The notes under the pieces are model-generated. The model saw only the letters and a program-made list of their open reading frames with translations. It had not been told where the DNA came from and searched no databases. From NCBI GenBank assembly GCA_965242865.1, contig CBDETK010000013.1, forward strand, positions 3,520,001 to 3,584,000: a DNA stretch of 64,000 nucleotides, read 5' to 3'. This document shows, in pieces, positions 35,395 through 45,423 of the stretch. The stretch is from Candidatus Latescibacterota bacterium (GTDB lineage: Bacteria; Latescibacterota; UBA2968; UBA8231). Every line of letters begins with the position of its first letter. Positions within the stretch are counted from its first letter, which is position 1. The position numbers and the translations under genes are program-made.

Positions 35395-35484
35395 GCTGCC
35401 TCCGCTACGTGGTCTTTTTCGTCGCGATCCGTTGATTTACTTTCCTAATACATAACTGCCAGCCCTCATTCCAGCAAAAAGAAA

Positions 35485-36750
35485 TTGGTCTCCACGCACC
35501 GCGAGGCCCTGTCGCTTTTTAACCGCGACGTGCGCCTAGTGCTTTTCAGCCAAGCCCTGCTCGGGTTTACGATTTTCGGCGGCGTCTATACGGTCCTGCT
35601 CAATCTCTATCTCCTGCGCCTAGGCTACGGCCCCCAACTGATCGGCCAAGTCAATGCGGTTGGCGCGCTGTCGTTTGCCCTCTTGAGCATGCCCGCAGGC
35701 GTGTTGGCCAACCGCTGGGGAGCGCGGCCGAGCATGATCGTCGGCATGGTGATCGCGGCTTTCGGGTTTGGTGCGTTGCCCCTCGGGGAGTTCGTTCCGG
35801 CCTCCGCCCAGCTAGCGTGGATCATGGGCGCGTATGCCCTCGGCGTCCTCGGCAATACGCTCTTCCTCGTCTGCTCCATTCCCTTCCTGACCCTGATCTG
35901 TCCGCCGCGCCTGCGCAACCACGTGTTCTCAACCCAAGTGGCCCTGTGGCCGCTAGCGGGTTTTGCCGGCAGCCTGTGCGGTGGCCTGCTGCCCGGCCTC
36001 TTCGCCGCGCTCCTCGGCCTGCCCGCAGACCACCCGGCCCCCTACCGCTATCCGCTGCTGCTGGCCGCCGGCGTGCTATTCATCAGCGCCGGAGCTATCG
36101 CCGCAACTCGCTCCCCGGCGCACAAACCGCCGGCGCGGGAACGCAGCCAAGCAACGCCCGTCCCGTGGGCCATCATCCTCGCCTTGAGCTTGGTCACCTT
36201 CTTGCAGATGGCCGCGGAAAACAGCCTCCGCGTCTTCTTCAATGTGTACATGGATGACGGCCTCGGGGCCTCCACCGCGCTGATCGGCAGTCTGACGGCC
36301 GGGGGACAGCTCCTAGCCGCTTGTACTGCGTTGGCCGCCCCGGCACTCAGCCGGCGGTTTGGCCGGGTGCCGGTGATTACCGCGGGGGCCGGGACGATGG
36401 TGCTGTGCCTCGTCCCCTTGGCGCTGGTCGCCCATTGGGCGGTGGCCGGCGCCGCCGGTATGGCGCTGGTCGCGCTCAGCTCGATCCGCCGGTCGGTCTA
36501 TATCGTCTTTCAGCAGGAATTGGTCCCCGAGCGCTGGCGAGTTACCATGAGCTCGGCGCTGACGATGGCTTACGGCATCAGCATTGCCGGCATTTCGCTC
36601 GGCGGCGGCCGGCTGATCGACGCGCTGGGGTATCGGGCGTTGTTTTTGAGCTGCGCCCTAATTACGACGGTGGGCGTGCTGTGCTTTCAGGGGTACTTCC
36701 GCATCCCGCGGGGCGAGTACGCCAACCGCCCGACCGAGGAGCGGGTGTAG
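35485..36750 (+). CDS. MFS transporter
   Basis: About 12 hydrophobic segments; motif-A-like G.LANRWGAR and LSRRFGR. Confidence 0.85.
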   Translation: MVSTHREALSLFNRDVRLVLFSQALLGFTIFGGVYTVLLNLYLLRLGYGPQLIGQVNAVGALSFALLSMPAGVLANRWGARPSMIVGMVIAAFGFGALPLGEFVPASAQLAWIMGAYALGVLGNTLFLVCSIPFLTLICPPRLRNHVFSTQVALWPLAGFAGSLCGGLLPGLFAALLGLPADHPAPYRYPLLLAAGVLFISAGAIAATRSPAHKPPARERSQATPVPWAIILALSLVTFLQMAAENSLRVFFNVYMDDGLGASTALIGSLTAGGQLLAACTALAAPALSRRFGRVPVITAGAGTMVLCLVPLALVAHWAVAGAAGMALVALSSIRRSVYIVFQQELVPERWRVTMSSALTMAYGISIAGISLGGGRLIDALGYRALFLSCALITTVGVLCFQGYFRIPRGEYANRPTEERV

Positions 36751-36766
36751 CGCGACCAGAACTAAA

Positions 36767-36805
36767 GGCGTCCCACTTGCATGCGGCGGATGCGAGTGGG
36801 ACGCC
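36767..36805. repeat. REP-like palindrome or bidirectional terminator
   Basis: GGCGTCCCACTTGCAT-N7-ATGCGAGTGGGACGCC (15/16 complementary) between convergent genes. Confidence 0.6.
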
Positions 36806-36831
36806 CGCGATGGCAGCGGGGGGATGAACGC

Positions 36832-38496
36832 CTACTCGGTGCGCATCACCAACACCTCGTAGGTGACCGGCTCGGCTACGCGCTCCATCTTCACCCCGAA
36901 CTGCGCACGCAAGTAATCGAGGGCCACGTCCCAGCCCTCGGAGAAATCGACGTCGATATCTACTGGGCGTTCAAAGGGATTGTCGGCCGCGCCATCCCAT
37001 TGCAGCTCAATTTCGTCGAGGTCGAAGTCGTAGCCTTCGACTAGGTCGTTGCGCGCGGCGTTTGTGAGCATACTCTCGATCGCCGGCCCGAGCCGCCGCC
37101 CGGTAGCGTAGTAGTTGTATCCATTGGTCCCAGAGCCTCCCCGGTGCGGGTTCGTCGGAAATTCGGAGCCATCTTGGGTAAAAATCCAGCGACGCTTCGT
37201 GCCCTGCCGCTCTTCCACCGCAGCGACAAAACCAAAGCGGCGGCCTAAACGCTGGACGCGCTCAACCGGGGTTAGACGATGGCTGTAGGCCACCCGCACG
37301 GAGTAGGGCTGGTCGGCGACCTTCTCCACGCGAGGTTCCACCGGCATTTCCCCAAGAGACCGCACAATTTCGGCCAGCGGAGTGCGGTGAAATTCGCAGC
37401 GCGTGATCCCGCCGCCGGTGGAAGAGGCCCGGCTTTGGCTGCCCTTGCTCCGGTCATCCGAGGGCGGGTGGACGATGATATCCATCCCGTCTAGGGGCAT
37501 GTAAAACGCCCTGTTCCACGGCACAAACGGCTCTAGCATCATACCGAACGGATTGGCCTCAGCCGCCGAAAGGGGCAACGGCTGGACCGCATCCTCGGCA
37601 ACCGCAAACAGCTCGTCCGCCAGCGGCGCGTCGTACTCCAGATAGCTCAATTCGCTGACCAGCTCCCAATCTTCTTGGCCCACATCGAGATACACGCGGG
37701 AGTGGTTGGGCAACCGCGCCTGAGCATCCACTTCGACTTCGTACCGAATATCGGCCGGGGTCTTGCGCCCCAGCGAGGAGCGTTGCCAGATCGAAAAAAG
37801 CACGGTCGCCCCTCGATCCTCGTGCTCAATCTGGTAGTTCCCACGTTCTAGTTCCTCGTTTTCGGGCAGCGCTAGTTGCTCGGCGAGTGCGCCTATCGAC
37901 CACGCCTTTTCCGCGTCGAGGTCTTTTCCATACCAGACGCCGTCCGCGTACGTCTGCATTTTGGCGTCGTTCACCACGACCGCCCACCGCGCCGCGCCCG
38001 TGCCGACTTCAGAGCGGAAAGAGTGCGGGGCCTTGAGCCACTGCTTCACGGGCACCTGTTCGCCCTGTTCGCCGCGAATCCAGCCCTCCACGCGCACGGA
38101 GTTGAGCTTGCGCACTTCGGCCACCACTTCGGCCCACGCAGAAGTAGTCCCCTGCCAGAGCACGCCCAACACCACCCCGGCTAGCCCGGCCGCGAGCCCG
38201 GCCAGGTACACCGGCCGCGGCAGCCGCTGCCAAAATCCGGTGCGCTGGGTTTTGGCCGCGCGCTCCTCCGCGTGAATCGCTTGCCGCGCGTTGGCGCGAG
38301 CCGCTGCAAAGAGCGCGGCCGGCGGCTCGGCCGCGCCAATGTCGGCGCTCAGCTCCAGCACGGTGCGCACCGCCTCTACGTCGTCGACCGCTTCCGGGTG
38401 GTCGGCCAAGTAGGCTTCGATCTGGAGCGCTTCTGCGGTCGATAGCTCGCCCCGCACGTAGTCGCTCAGCTTGCGTTCAAATTCTTCTCTCAACAT
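36832..38496 (-). CDS. Anti-sigma factor-like membrane protein with a large extracytoplasmic domain
   Basis: N-terminal LSDYVRGELS..E...IE.YL, one TM helix, then AWAEV; directly downstream of the ECF sigma gene. Confidence 0.7.
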   Translation of the reverse strand: MLREEFERKLSDYVRGELSTAEALQIEAYLADHPEAVDDVEAVRTVLELSADIGAAEPPAALFAAARANARQAIHAEERAAKTQRTGFWQRLPRPVYLAGLAAGLAGVVLGVLWQGTTSAWAEVVAEVRKLNSVRVEGWIRGEQGEQVPVKQWLKAPHSFRSEVGTGAARWAVVVNDAKMQTYADGVWYGKDLDAEKAWSIGALAEQLALPENEELERGNYQIEHEDRGATVLFSIWQRSSLGRKTPADIRYEVEVDAQARLPNHSRVYLDVGQEDWELVSELSYLEYDAPLADELFAVAEDAVQPLPLSAAEANPFGMMLEPFVPWNRAFYMPLDGMDIIVHPPSDDRSKGSQSRASSTGGGITRCEFHRTPLAEIVRSLGEMPVEPRVEKVADQPYSVRVAYSHRLTPVERVQRLGRRFGFVAAVEERQGTKRRWIFTQDGSEFPTNPHRGGSGTNGYNYYATGRRLGPAIESMLTNAARNDLVEGYDFDLDEIELQWDGAADNPFERPVDIDVDFSEGWDVALDYLRAQFGVKMERVAEPVTYEVLVMRTE

Positions 38497-38501
38497 GGCG
38501 T

Positions 38502-39050
38502 TTAGTCCTTGCAGTCGGCACCCATCTGGGCGCGGATTTTCTTGAGTGCTTTGTACTCGCTGGCTCTGGCCGATTCCTCGCTGCATCCGAGTCGGGCGGC
38601 GATCTCGGCAAAGGGCCAGCCCTCGAAGTTGCGCAGGGCAAAGACCATGCGCTGGCGGTCGGGCAATTCAGCGGCCAAGTCGCGCACCCGCTCCATGAGC
38701 AAGCGGCGCTCGGCATCTTGGTCGGCGACGGCTTCCACCGCGCGGTCCTCTGCTTCGCAGAATAGCACCCGACGTTGATACCGCCGGATTTTGAAGGCCG
38801 CGTTGGTCGCCACTTGGCAAAGCCACGCTTTGGGGTGGGCGATGCGCTCGCCCCGCGCACAGGCCGTGTAGAAGCGCAGGAAGGTCTCTTGGAAAACCTC
38901 CTGCGCTTCCTCGGCATTGGCGACGATCTTGTAGGCTACCTTGAGCACCAAGCGTCCGTAGTGCTCTACCGCTGCGGTGCTTTCGTCGGCTGGTCGGCGC
39001 AAAACTTCCTCCCGGTATGAATGTCTGAGCGTCGTCGCGATAACAGTCAT
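38502..39050 (-). CDS. ECF RNA polymerase sigma factor
   Basis: AQEVFQETFL, AWL..VATN, LPDRQRMVF.LR..EG..FAEIA..LG. Confidence 0.9.
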   Translation of the reverse strand: MTVIATTLRHSYREEVLRRPADESTAAVEHYGRLVLKVAYKIVANAEEAQEVFQETFLRFYTACARGERIAHPKAWLCQVATNAAFKIRRYQRRVLFCEAEDRAVEAVADQDAERRLLMERVRDLAAELPDRQRMVFALRNFEGWPFAEIAARLGCSEESARASEYKALKKIRAQMGADCKD

Positions 39051-39063
39051 GTCTAAGGTCCGA

Positions 39064-39849
39064 TTATAGGGCCGAGAAGAGAAAGGGATTCGGCCGCTTG
39101 GAGGCGTAAAAGACTTCGACAAAGCGCCACATCGCCCGCTCTGAATCCCAGACCAACCGACAGAAGAAGGGGGTGCAAACCGGCCCTTCCGACCCGGCGA
39201 ACTCGGCCGGCTCTGCGGCGACAAACGCGATGTCCGTAAAGACCCGCTTCTCGCCGGCGCGCAGTGCCGCGGCCACCTCTTGCTGCAACTTGAACCTAGC
39301 CTTGACGACATTCCGCGGATGCGACCGATAGCGCTCGTAGCGGCCCTGCATCTCAAACACCTTGAAGGTGCTGTGGCGGAAGAAGGCGTGGCCAAAGCGG
39401 TATTCGCAGCCTTGGCTGTCGAGGACGGCGCGGTGCATGGCGCGGAACAGGTCAAAGGGCGTGTCGCCCTGGGAAATGCCCCAATGCGCTAGGGTCTCTT
39501 TTAGGTGCTTCAAGGCCGTGGGGTTGTTGACGCCCTCGCGGAGGTAAAACTGGGCGGCGAGGCTGTCGTTGCCAGAGACGGAAAAGGCGATCAGAAAGTC
39601 GTAGAGCCAGTCGCGCAAGTCGGCTTCCTGCTCGGCGGTGATGGGGACGCCCGGGGCGATGGGGATGGCCGCGATGGCCTGCCACAACGCGGGACCGGCT
39701 TTGACCTCGATCTTCTCTGCGGTGTGGATGTAGCCCAGCAAGCTCTGGAGTTTGTCGAGGCGGGGAGGCTTGGTCTCGACGGCCGCTGCGCTGGAAACGC
39801 CGCCATAGACGGCGATCAGGGCGATGCACAGGATGCGAATGCGTTGCAT
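39064..39849 (-). CDS. Hypothetical secreted protein
   Basis: Signal peptide; AAGGAG RBS. Confidence 0.65.
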   Translation of the reverse strand: MQRIRILCIALIAVYGGVSSAAAVETKPPRLDKLQSLLGYIHTAEKIEVKAGPALWQAIAAIPIAPGVPITAEQEADLRDWLYDFLIAFSVSGNDSLAAQFYLREGVNNPTALKHLKETLAHWGISQGDTPFDLFRAMHRAVLDSQGCEYRFGHAFFRHSTFKVFEMQGRYERYRSHPRNVVKARFKLQQEVAAALRAGEKRVFTDIAFVAAEPAEFAGSEGPVCTPFFCRLVWDSERAMWRFVEVFYASKRPNPFLFSAL

Positions 39850-39980
39850 GATGCCCTCCTTTGCGGAAGAGTGCGGGTTCGGGTTGTCGTGCCGGCCGGC
39901 AGCGCATTTGCCCTATATGACCCACAAAGCGCGATCATGTGAACCGCTAAAATAAAAAAACCGCCCCAACCCCCCCCTTC

Positions 39981-42893
39981 TCACAGCACCTTGACCGGCG
40001 TCAGCCAATCGCCGCGTGCGGCCGAAGCCGCTGCAATTGCGTCGGCCGACCCCAACACCGCGACCCGGCCCGCTGCGCCGACTTGGTCCAGCACGGAGGC
40101 AAAATCCGCAAAGTGCTCGGCCTTGGTGGCCAAGACTTGGTCGCGCATTTGCTGGCGATAGGCGTCGTCAATGCCGGTCAGGTAGCGCACCAATGAGGCG
40201 TAGCCCTTGGCGTCGGGGAGCTGGTAGGCGTCGAGGTCGCCGATGGTGCCGATGATCGCCTTGGTCAGCTCGTCGCTGCTAATCGGAAAGTCGCGCAAGA
40301 AGGCCCCGCTCTGGTCGTACACGTGCAGGGTCTCCAGCAAATTGGGGTCGCGGTACGACGCGTACGAGAACACCCCGGTAAACGGGTCGAGGGAGCAAAA
40401 GGCCCCGTAGGCCCCCCCTTGGACCCGCACCCGGTCCCACAGCCAAGTCGTGGCCAAGTAGCGAGTGATCACGGCCGACGACCCGTCCCATTGGTAGCCG
40501 AGCGCGAACAGGTTGGCCGCCTTGCCCACGTAGTTGACTTGGGCCGGGACGGTTAGGCCCTCGTCGGCCGCCGTCAGGTGCGGCGTCCAAGTCGCGGGCG
40601 CGTGGGCCTTTTGCGGCAATGCGCGCAACAGCGCGGTCAAGCTCTGGTCGCACGCTGCGCGGTCGGCGCCGGCCACGGTCGCATTGCACAGCATGCCCGG
40701 CCGGTTGACCAACAGGGCGCGGATCTGCTCCAGCCGGGCCTGCACGGCCGGCCAGTCGCGGCGGATGTCCTCGATGAGCTGCCGCAAGAAGAACAAGTAG
40801 CTCAAGCCGCGCATCTGCTCTGCGAGCCAGCCGGTCTCGTCGAATTGCGCGCGCAGCCGGGTGGATACCACGCGGTGGCCGCCCGGCACCAGCCCGGCCT
40901 CGGCACTGGCTCGCTCTTCTAAGGCCATCTGCAAAAAACGCTCGCGGTCGTCGAGGCGGCCCTCTAGCAGCACCTCGCGCACAATCGCCGTCAGCTCGGC
41001 GACCCGCTCAACCATGGCCTTGCCGCGCAAAAACAGGTACGCCGCGGCCGGCCGGCTGTCGCGGCGCGTCCCCACCAGCGACTGGGCGTTCAAGCCGCCG
41101 GTCTGGCTGCCGATTCGCTGTTGCAACTCGACAAAGCTCAGGCGCTTGGTTCCCATCTCCAGCAGGGCGCGGCCAAAAAGCGGGATGTAGGGCAAAAGCT
41201 CTTGCGGCAACACCCGCAGATCGCAGCCCACATCGAGATAGGCGATGCCGTTGGTGAAGAGGTCGTGGTGGAGCACTGGCACGCCGGCGATTTGGTCCTC
41301 TTGCCGGGGCACGGTCTTGACCTCGGCGTCGAGGTCGCTCAGTTGCAGGCGGGGCAGCTTGGCCAAGTCTTCGGGCGCGTCGGGTTGCTCTTGCTGGCGC
41401 TTGAGCGTTTGCGTCTGGGCGACTAGGGCCTCTAAATCCGCCCGGCTCATGCTCGCCCGGGCCGCTGTCAGCCGCGCGGTCTCTTCCTCCTCCAGCCGCG
41501 TCCCCAGCTCGGCATCGGGCTGGAGGACCACGGTCGTGCGGTGGGCGTTGTCGAGGAGGTGGCGTTGGATCAACCCCTCTAGATAGCGGTCGTCGGCTGC
41601 TAGCTTGGCCTTGAGCGCGGCAAATGAGTCGGCAAAGCGCAAGGGCGTGAAGGGGTCGCGATCGTAGAGCCAGTCGGTCAACAGCCGCAGCATCAGCCCC
41701 AAGCCACGCGGATAGGACCCGGTGTTGTTTTCTCGGAACAGGAACTCCGCGGTGTGCAGGGCGGCCGCGACCATCCCGCGGTCGACCCCGTCGCGCGCCA
41801 AGTCGCCGAGGTGCTGCACGATCAGGGCTTCAACCGCATCCACCTCGCCCGGTTGCACGCCCTTGAGGCCCACGCTGAAAAACATCTGCGCCAACTCGGT
41901 CTCCAGCCCGCTGCCGGTCAAATCTTCGCCGAGCCCGGAGTCGATCAGGGCCTTGCGCAGCGGCGATCCCGGGGTGCCGAGCAGCGCGTGTTCGAGCACC
42001 TGTAGGGCGCGGCGCTCGTCCGCGTCTAGCTCGTCTTGCAACAGCCAAGTGAGCGCGACAAAGCACTTGGGTTTTTCGGCCGCATCGGGATCGACCGAGT
42101 AGGGAAATTGCTGCCGCTTGGGCGCGGCAAAGCGCGGCTGGGTCCCAATGGTGGAATCCACGGGCCGCGCCTCGTAATCGCTCAGGTAGGAGTGTAAGAG
42201 CGCGAGGCGTTGCTGGGGGTCGTCGTCGCCGTAGAAGTAGATACGAGCGTTGGACGGGTGATAAAACTCCTCGTGGAAGCGCTTGAACTGGGCAAAGCTG
42301 AGGCCCGGGATGTGGCGCGGGTCGCCACCGGAATCCACGCCGTAGGTCGTGTCCGGGAAAATGGATTGCTGGGTGCGCTCGGCGAGGATCCGCTCCGGGT
42401 CTGAGTACGCGCCCTTCATTTCGTTAAAGACTACGCCTTTGTAGCGCAGGGGGTCGCCGGCGTCTTCTAGCTCGTAGTGCCAGCCTTCTTGTTGCAACAC
42501 CTCCGGCGTGAGTCGCGGATAAAACACCGCGTCGAGGTACACGTCGATCAGGTTGTAGAAATCCTGCAAGTTGGTGCTGGCGACCGGGTAGCAGGTTTTG
42601 TCTGGATAGGTGAAGGCGTTGAGGAAGGTGTTGAGCGAGCCTTTGATCAGCTCGACAAACGGCTCCTTGACCGGGTACTTGCGCGAGCCGCACAGGACGG
42701 AGTGTTCGAGGATGTGGGCAATGCCGGTCGAGTCGGCCGGCGGCGTGCGGAAGTTGATGCCAAAGACCTTGTTTTCGTCGTCGTTTATCAGCGAGACAAT
42801 CTCGCAGCCGGTGCGGTGTCGGTAGAGTAAGGCTCGCGTGTTGAGTTCGGGAATCTCTTCGTCGCGCAGCAGGGCAAAATCGCGTCGCTCCAT
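39981..42893 (-). CDS. M16C (presequence protease/insulinase-like) zinc metallopeptidase
   Basis: HILEH inverted zinc motif, LNAFTYPDKTCYP, GVVFNEMKG, RVQGGAYG, SYRDPN. Confidence 0.95.
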   Translation of the reverse strand: MERRDFALLRDEEIPELNTRALLYRHRTGCEIVSLINDDENKVFGINFRTPPADSTGIAHILEHSVLCGSRKYPVKEPFVELIKGSLNTFLNAFTYPDKTCYPVASTNLQDFYNLIDVYLDAVFYPRLTPEVLQQEGWHYELEDAGDPLRYKGVVFNEMKGAYSDPERILAERTQQSIFPDTTYGVDSGGDPRHIPGLSFAQFKRFHEEFYHPSNARIYFYGDDDPQQRLALLHSYLSDYEARPVDSTIGTQPRFAAPKRQQFPYSVDPDAAEKPKCFVALTWLLQDELDADERRALQVLEHALLGTPGSPLRKALIDSGLGEDLTGSGLETELAQMFFSVGLKGVQPGEVDAVEALIVQHLGDLARDGVDRGMVAAALHTAEFLFRENNTGSYPRGLGLMLRLLTDWLYDRDPFTPLRFADSFAALKAKLAADDRYLEGLIQRHLLDNAHRTTVVLQPDAELGTRLEEEETARLTAARASMSRADLEALVAQTQTLKRQQEQPDAPEDLAKLPRLQLSDLDAEVKTVPRQEDQIAGVPVLHHDLFTNGIAYLDVGCDLRVLPQELLPYIPLFGRALLEMGTKRLSFVELQQRIGSQTGGLNAQSLVGTRRDSRPAAAYLFLRGKAMVERVAELTAIVREVLLEGRLDDRERFLQMALEERASAEAGLVPGGHRVVSTRLRAQFDETGWLAEQMRGLSYLFFLRQLIEDIRRDWPAVQARLEQIRALLVNRPGMLCNATVAGADRAACDQSLTALLRALPQKAHAPATWTPHLTAADEGLTVPAQVNYVGKAANLFALGYQWDGSSAVITRYLATTWLWDRVRVQGGAYGAFCSLDPFTGVFSYASYRDPNLLETLHVYDQSGAFLRDFPISSDELTKAIIGTIGDLDAYQLPDAKGYASLVRYLTGIDDAYRQQMRDQVLATKAEHFADFASVLDQVGAAGRVAVLGSADAIAAASAARGDWLTPVKVL

Positions 42894-42976
42894 GGCATCT
42901 CCTTTGTGGTTTGGGTCGAAAAACTAGCGGGCAAACATAAGTGGCGCGGGGGATTCTCAGCAAGGAAAACCGCCCC

Positions 42977-44128
42977 TCACGGCAGGGCAATTTTGCCGAG
43001 GACGACCGGGCGTTGGGCGCGGGTGGCGGCTGGGATATTGCCCGTGCGGCCCAGCAGGGTTTCGTTGGCCAAGACCGCAAAGGCGAGGGCCTCGCGCGCG
43101 TCTGGATCGACGCCCAGCTCGGCCAGCGACCGCACCGCTAGGCGCGGCAGCGCGCGGCGCAACCCCGCCATAATGCGCGGATTGTGGACGCCGCCGCCCC
43201 CGACCCACAGCGCGGCAAACGCCCCCGGACAAAAGCGGTCAATGCCCTCGGCAATGGATTGCACGGTAAAGGCGGTCAGCGTGGCGATCAGGTCGTCGGC
43301 ACTGCCCGGGCCGCGCCGCAGCACCTCCGCGAGGAACCGCTCGCCAAACTCCTCGCGCCCGGTGGATTTGGGCGGCTCGCGCTGCAAGAAGGGGGTGCGC
43401 ATCAGCTCGGCCAACAGGCCCTCGTCAATGCGGCCGCGCGCCGCCCGCTGGCCTCCGCGGTCGAAGCGCTCGCGCCCGCCGGTGTAGTGGGCCACGGCCG
43501 CGTCGATGAGCATGTTGCCCGGCCCGAGGTCAAAGGCCCGGATCGCGCTGGCCGCGGCGTTGGCTGGCAACGCCGTGACGTTGGCGATCCCGCCGATATT
43601 GAGCAGCAGACGCCCCTCGTGCGGCTGGGCAAAGAGCAGGCGATCGGCGAGCGGGACCAGCGGCGCGCCTTCGCCGCCGACCGCCAGGTCGGCCGCGCGA
43701 AAGTCCGCAATCGTCACCGCGCCGGTGCGGGCGGCAATGACGGCTGGCTCGCCGATCTGCAAGGTAGATCCGCTGGCCGGCAGGTGGCGCACGGTCTGCC
43801 CGTGCGAGCCGATTAGGTCGAGGGCGTCCGGGCCGAGCGCGGCCTGCTCTAGCGCGGCTAGGGCCGCTGTGGCAAACGCCTCGCCGAGGGCAAAATTGAC
43901 TCGGCACAGCGCGTCGAGCGAAGCATCCTCGGCAAACAGGGCGAACACCTCGCGCCGCAACGCGCTGGGCAGCGGCGTGGTGGCAAAGGACAACACTTCG
44001 TAGCGGGTGGATTCGCCGCAGCCCCACAGCTCGACCAGCACGGCGTCAATCCCGTCGGCCGAGGTGCCGGACATCAAGCCCACGACCCGCCGCGGCTGCT
44101 TGGCGGCCAGTGCTGCCAGCCGATGCAT
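42977..44128 (-). CDS. anmK: Anhydro-N-acetylmuramic acid kinase
   Basis: GLMSGTS.DG.D, GSHGQT..H, TLQIGE, GG.GAPLVP, NIGGIAN, PPKSTGRE. Confidence 0.95.
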   Translation of the reverse strand: MHRLAALAAKQPRRVVGLMSGTSADGIDAVLVELWGCGESTRYEVLSFATTPLPSALRREVFALFAEDASLDALCRVNFALGEAFATAALAALEQAALGPDALDLIGSHGQTVRHLPASGSTLQIGEPAVIAARTGAVTIADFRAADLAVGGEGAPLVPLADRLLFAQPHEGRLLLNIGGIANVTALPANAAASAIRAFDLGPGNMLIDAAVAHYTGGRERFDRGGQRAARGRIDEGLLAELMRTPFLQREPPKSTGREEFGERFLAEVLRRGPGSADDLIATLTAFTVQSIAEGIDRFCPGAFAALWVGGGGVHNPRIMAGLRRALPRLAVRSLAELGVDPDAREALAFAVLANETLLGRTGNIPAATRAQRPVVLGKIALP

Positions 44129-44130
44129 GC

Positions 44131-45234
44131 TTAGGAGCGGTCGCGGGCCGAGTGCCGGTAGTACCCGACGACCTGCCCGTGCTCGTCGATGACGTGGGCG
44201 CCTGGGTAGCGAATCGTCGTCGGACACACGTGCCCGGGCACGGCGAGGAGATAGGTGCCGACTGCGGGTTGAGGTTCGGGCCAAGCGAAGACGCCGTGTT
44301 CCTCGTTTTGCCTGAGCAACTCGGCTTGGGGGTTCTGCAAGAGCTCGGCCCGGCGCGGCAGGGGGCCATCGTCGCTAATGGCCTTGGTGCCCAAGTCCGT
44401 GGTGACCGTCTGCTGCTCGGCATAGCGATCGATCACTTGCGTTAGGACGAGGGCCGCCCATTTGAAGGGCAGGTCGGCCATGGCGCGGCCGTACCCGGCA
44501 TCCCAGTACACGCAGGTGCCCGGAGAGCCGTGCATGCCCTCGGCGCGGGCGTAGTACAAAAAGGAAAAGGAGCCACCGCCGACGACCCGGGGCACGGCCA
44601 AGCCCTCGCCTTCGAGGGCTGCTTTTAGGCGCTGGACATCGCGGATGTGCCGCTCGGCCGCGGCTTGACGCGCCTTAGGCTCGGAGATGTGCTCGTGCCC
44701 GTCGTACAAGTGCAGCCCGCCCGGCAACAGGTGCGGGTGGTGGGCGATTTGGCGGTAGAGGTCCGCGGCCGCGGCCAAGGGAACGCCGGTGCGGAACATG
44801 CCTACGTTGAGGTCGATCATCACCCGCAGGGTTTGCTGCCGCTCTTGGGCCACCGCGCCCAAGACCTGTACGTGCGCCGGGGCGCTGGCAATCGCGCGGA
44901 CCGTGGCCGCTCGTTGGGCCAGCGCGGCCAAGCGCAGCACCTTGCTTTTTTGCACCAGCGGATAGGATAAAATGGCTTCTTGGGCGCCGGCGTCGAGGAC
45001 CATTTCCAGTTCCTTGAGCGTGGCGCATTTGAACCCGGCGACGCCGGATGCGAGCTGCTTGCGCGCCACGTCAATGGACTTGTGGGTCTTGACGTGGACG
45101 AACAAATGCTCGCTGCCGCCGACTAGTTCGCCGACTCGCTGGATGTTGTGGTCGAGTGGGTCGGCAAATACCAGCATGGCCGGCGTCTCAATGCCGTCCG
45201 GCTCCGCGACTTTGTACTCTCCTATTTCGATCAC
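44131..45234 (-). CDS. D-threonine aldolase/D-serine dehydratase-like PLP enzyme (alanine racemase fold)
   Basis: TPA, HVKTHK, ATLKE, RTG, YDGH, EEH, P.HVCPT; probable GTG start at 45234. Confidence 0.85.
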   Translation of the reverse strand: MIEIGEYKVAEPDGIETPAMLVFADPLDHNIQRVGELVGGSEHLFVHVKTHKSIDVARKQLASGVAGFKCATLKELEMVLDAGAQEAILSYPLVQKSKVLRLAALAQRAATVRAIASAPAHVQVLGAVAQERQQTLRVMIDLNVGMFRTGVPLAAAADLYRQIAHHPHLLPGGLHLYDGHEHISEPKARQAAAERHIRDVQRLKAALEGEGLAVPRVVGGGSFSFLYYARAEGMHGSPGTCVYWDAGYGRAMADLPFKWAALVLTQVIDRYAEQQTVTTDLGTKAISDDGPLPRRAELLQNPQAELLRQNEEHGVFAWPEPQPAVGTYLLAVPGHVCPTTIRYPGAHVIDEHGQVVGYYRHSARDRS

Positions 45235-45423
45235 AGCGTTGCTTCCCGATTGAGGTGGGCGCGGAAGATAGCACAAGCCCCGATTGTGGACAAATTGGCC
45301 GCCGCGGTTTGGTGCGTTAAATTGCGAGTAAACAGAGTACGCACCCCTACGAGGATACCGTTGTCCAAGCGCGATAGATCGCGGCACCGTACCGATAAGC
45401 GCGAGCAGGCACGGCCTTGGTCC

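Noticed and set aside
42178-42190. 13-nt match (TCGCTCAGGTAGG) between the spacer at 3767-3801 and the M16C peptidase gene
   Set aside because: Too short, and the rest does not align, so it is expected by chance. No convincing self-targeting was seen in the window, but the check was by eye only.
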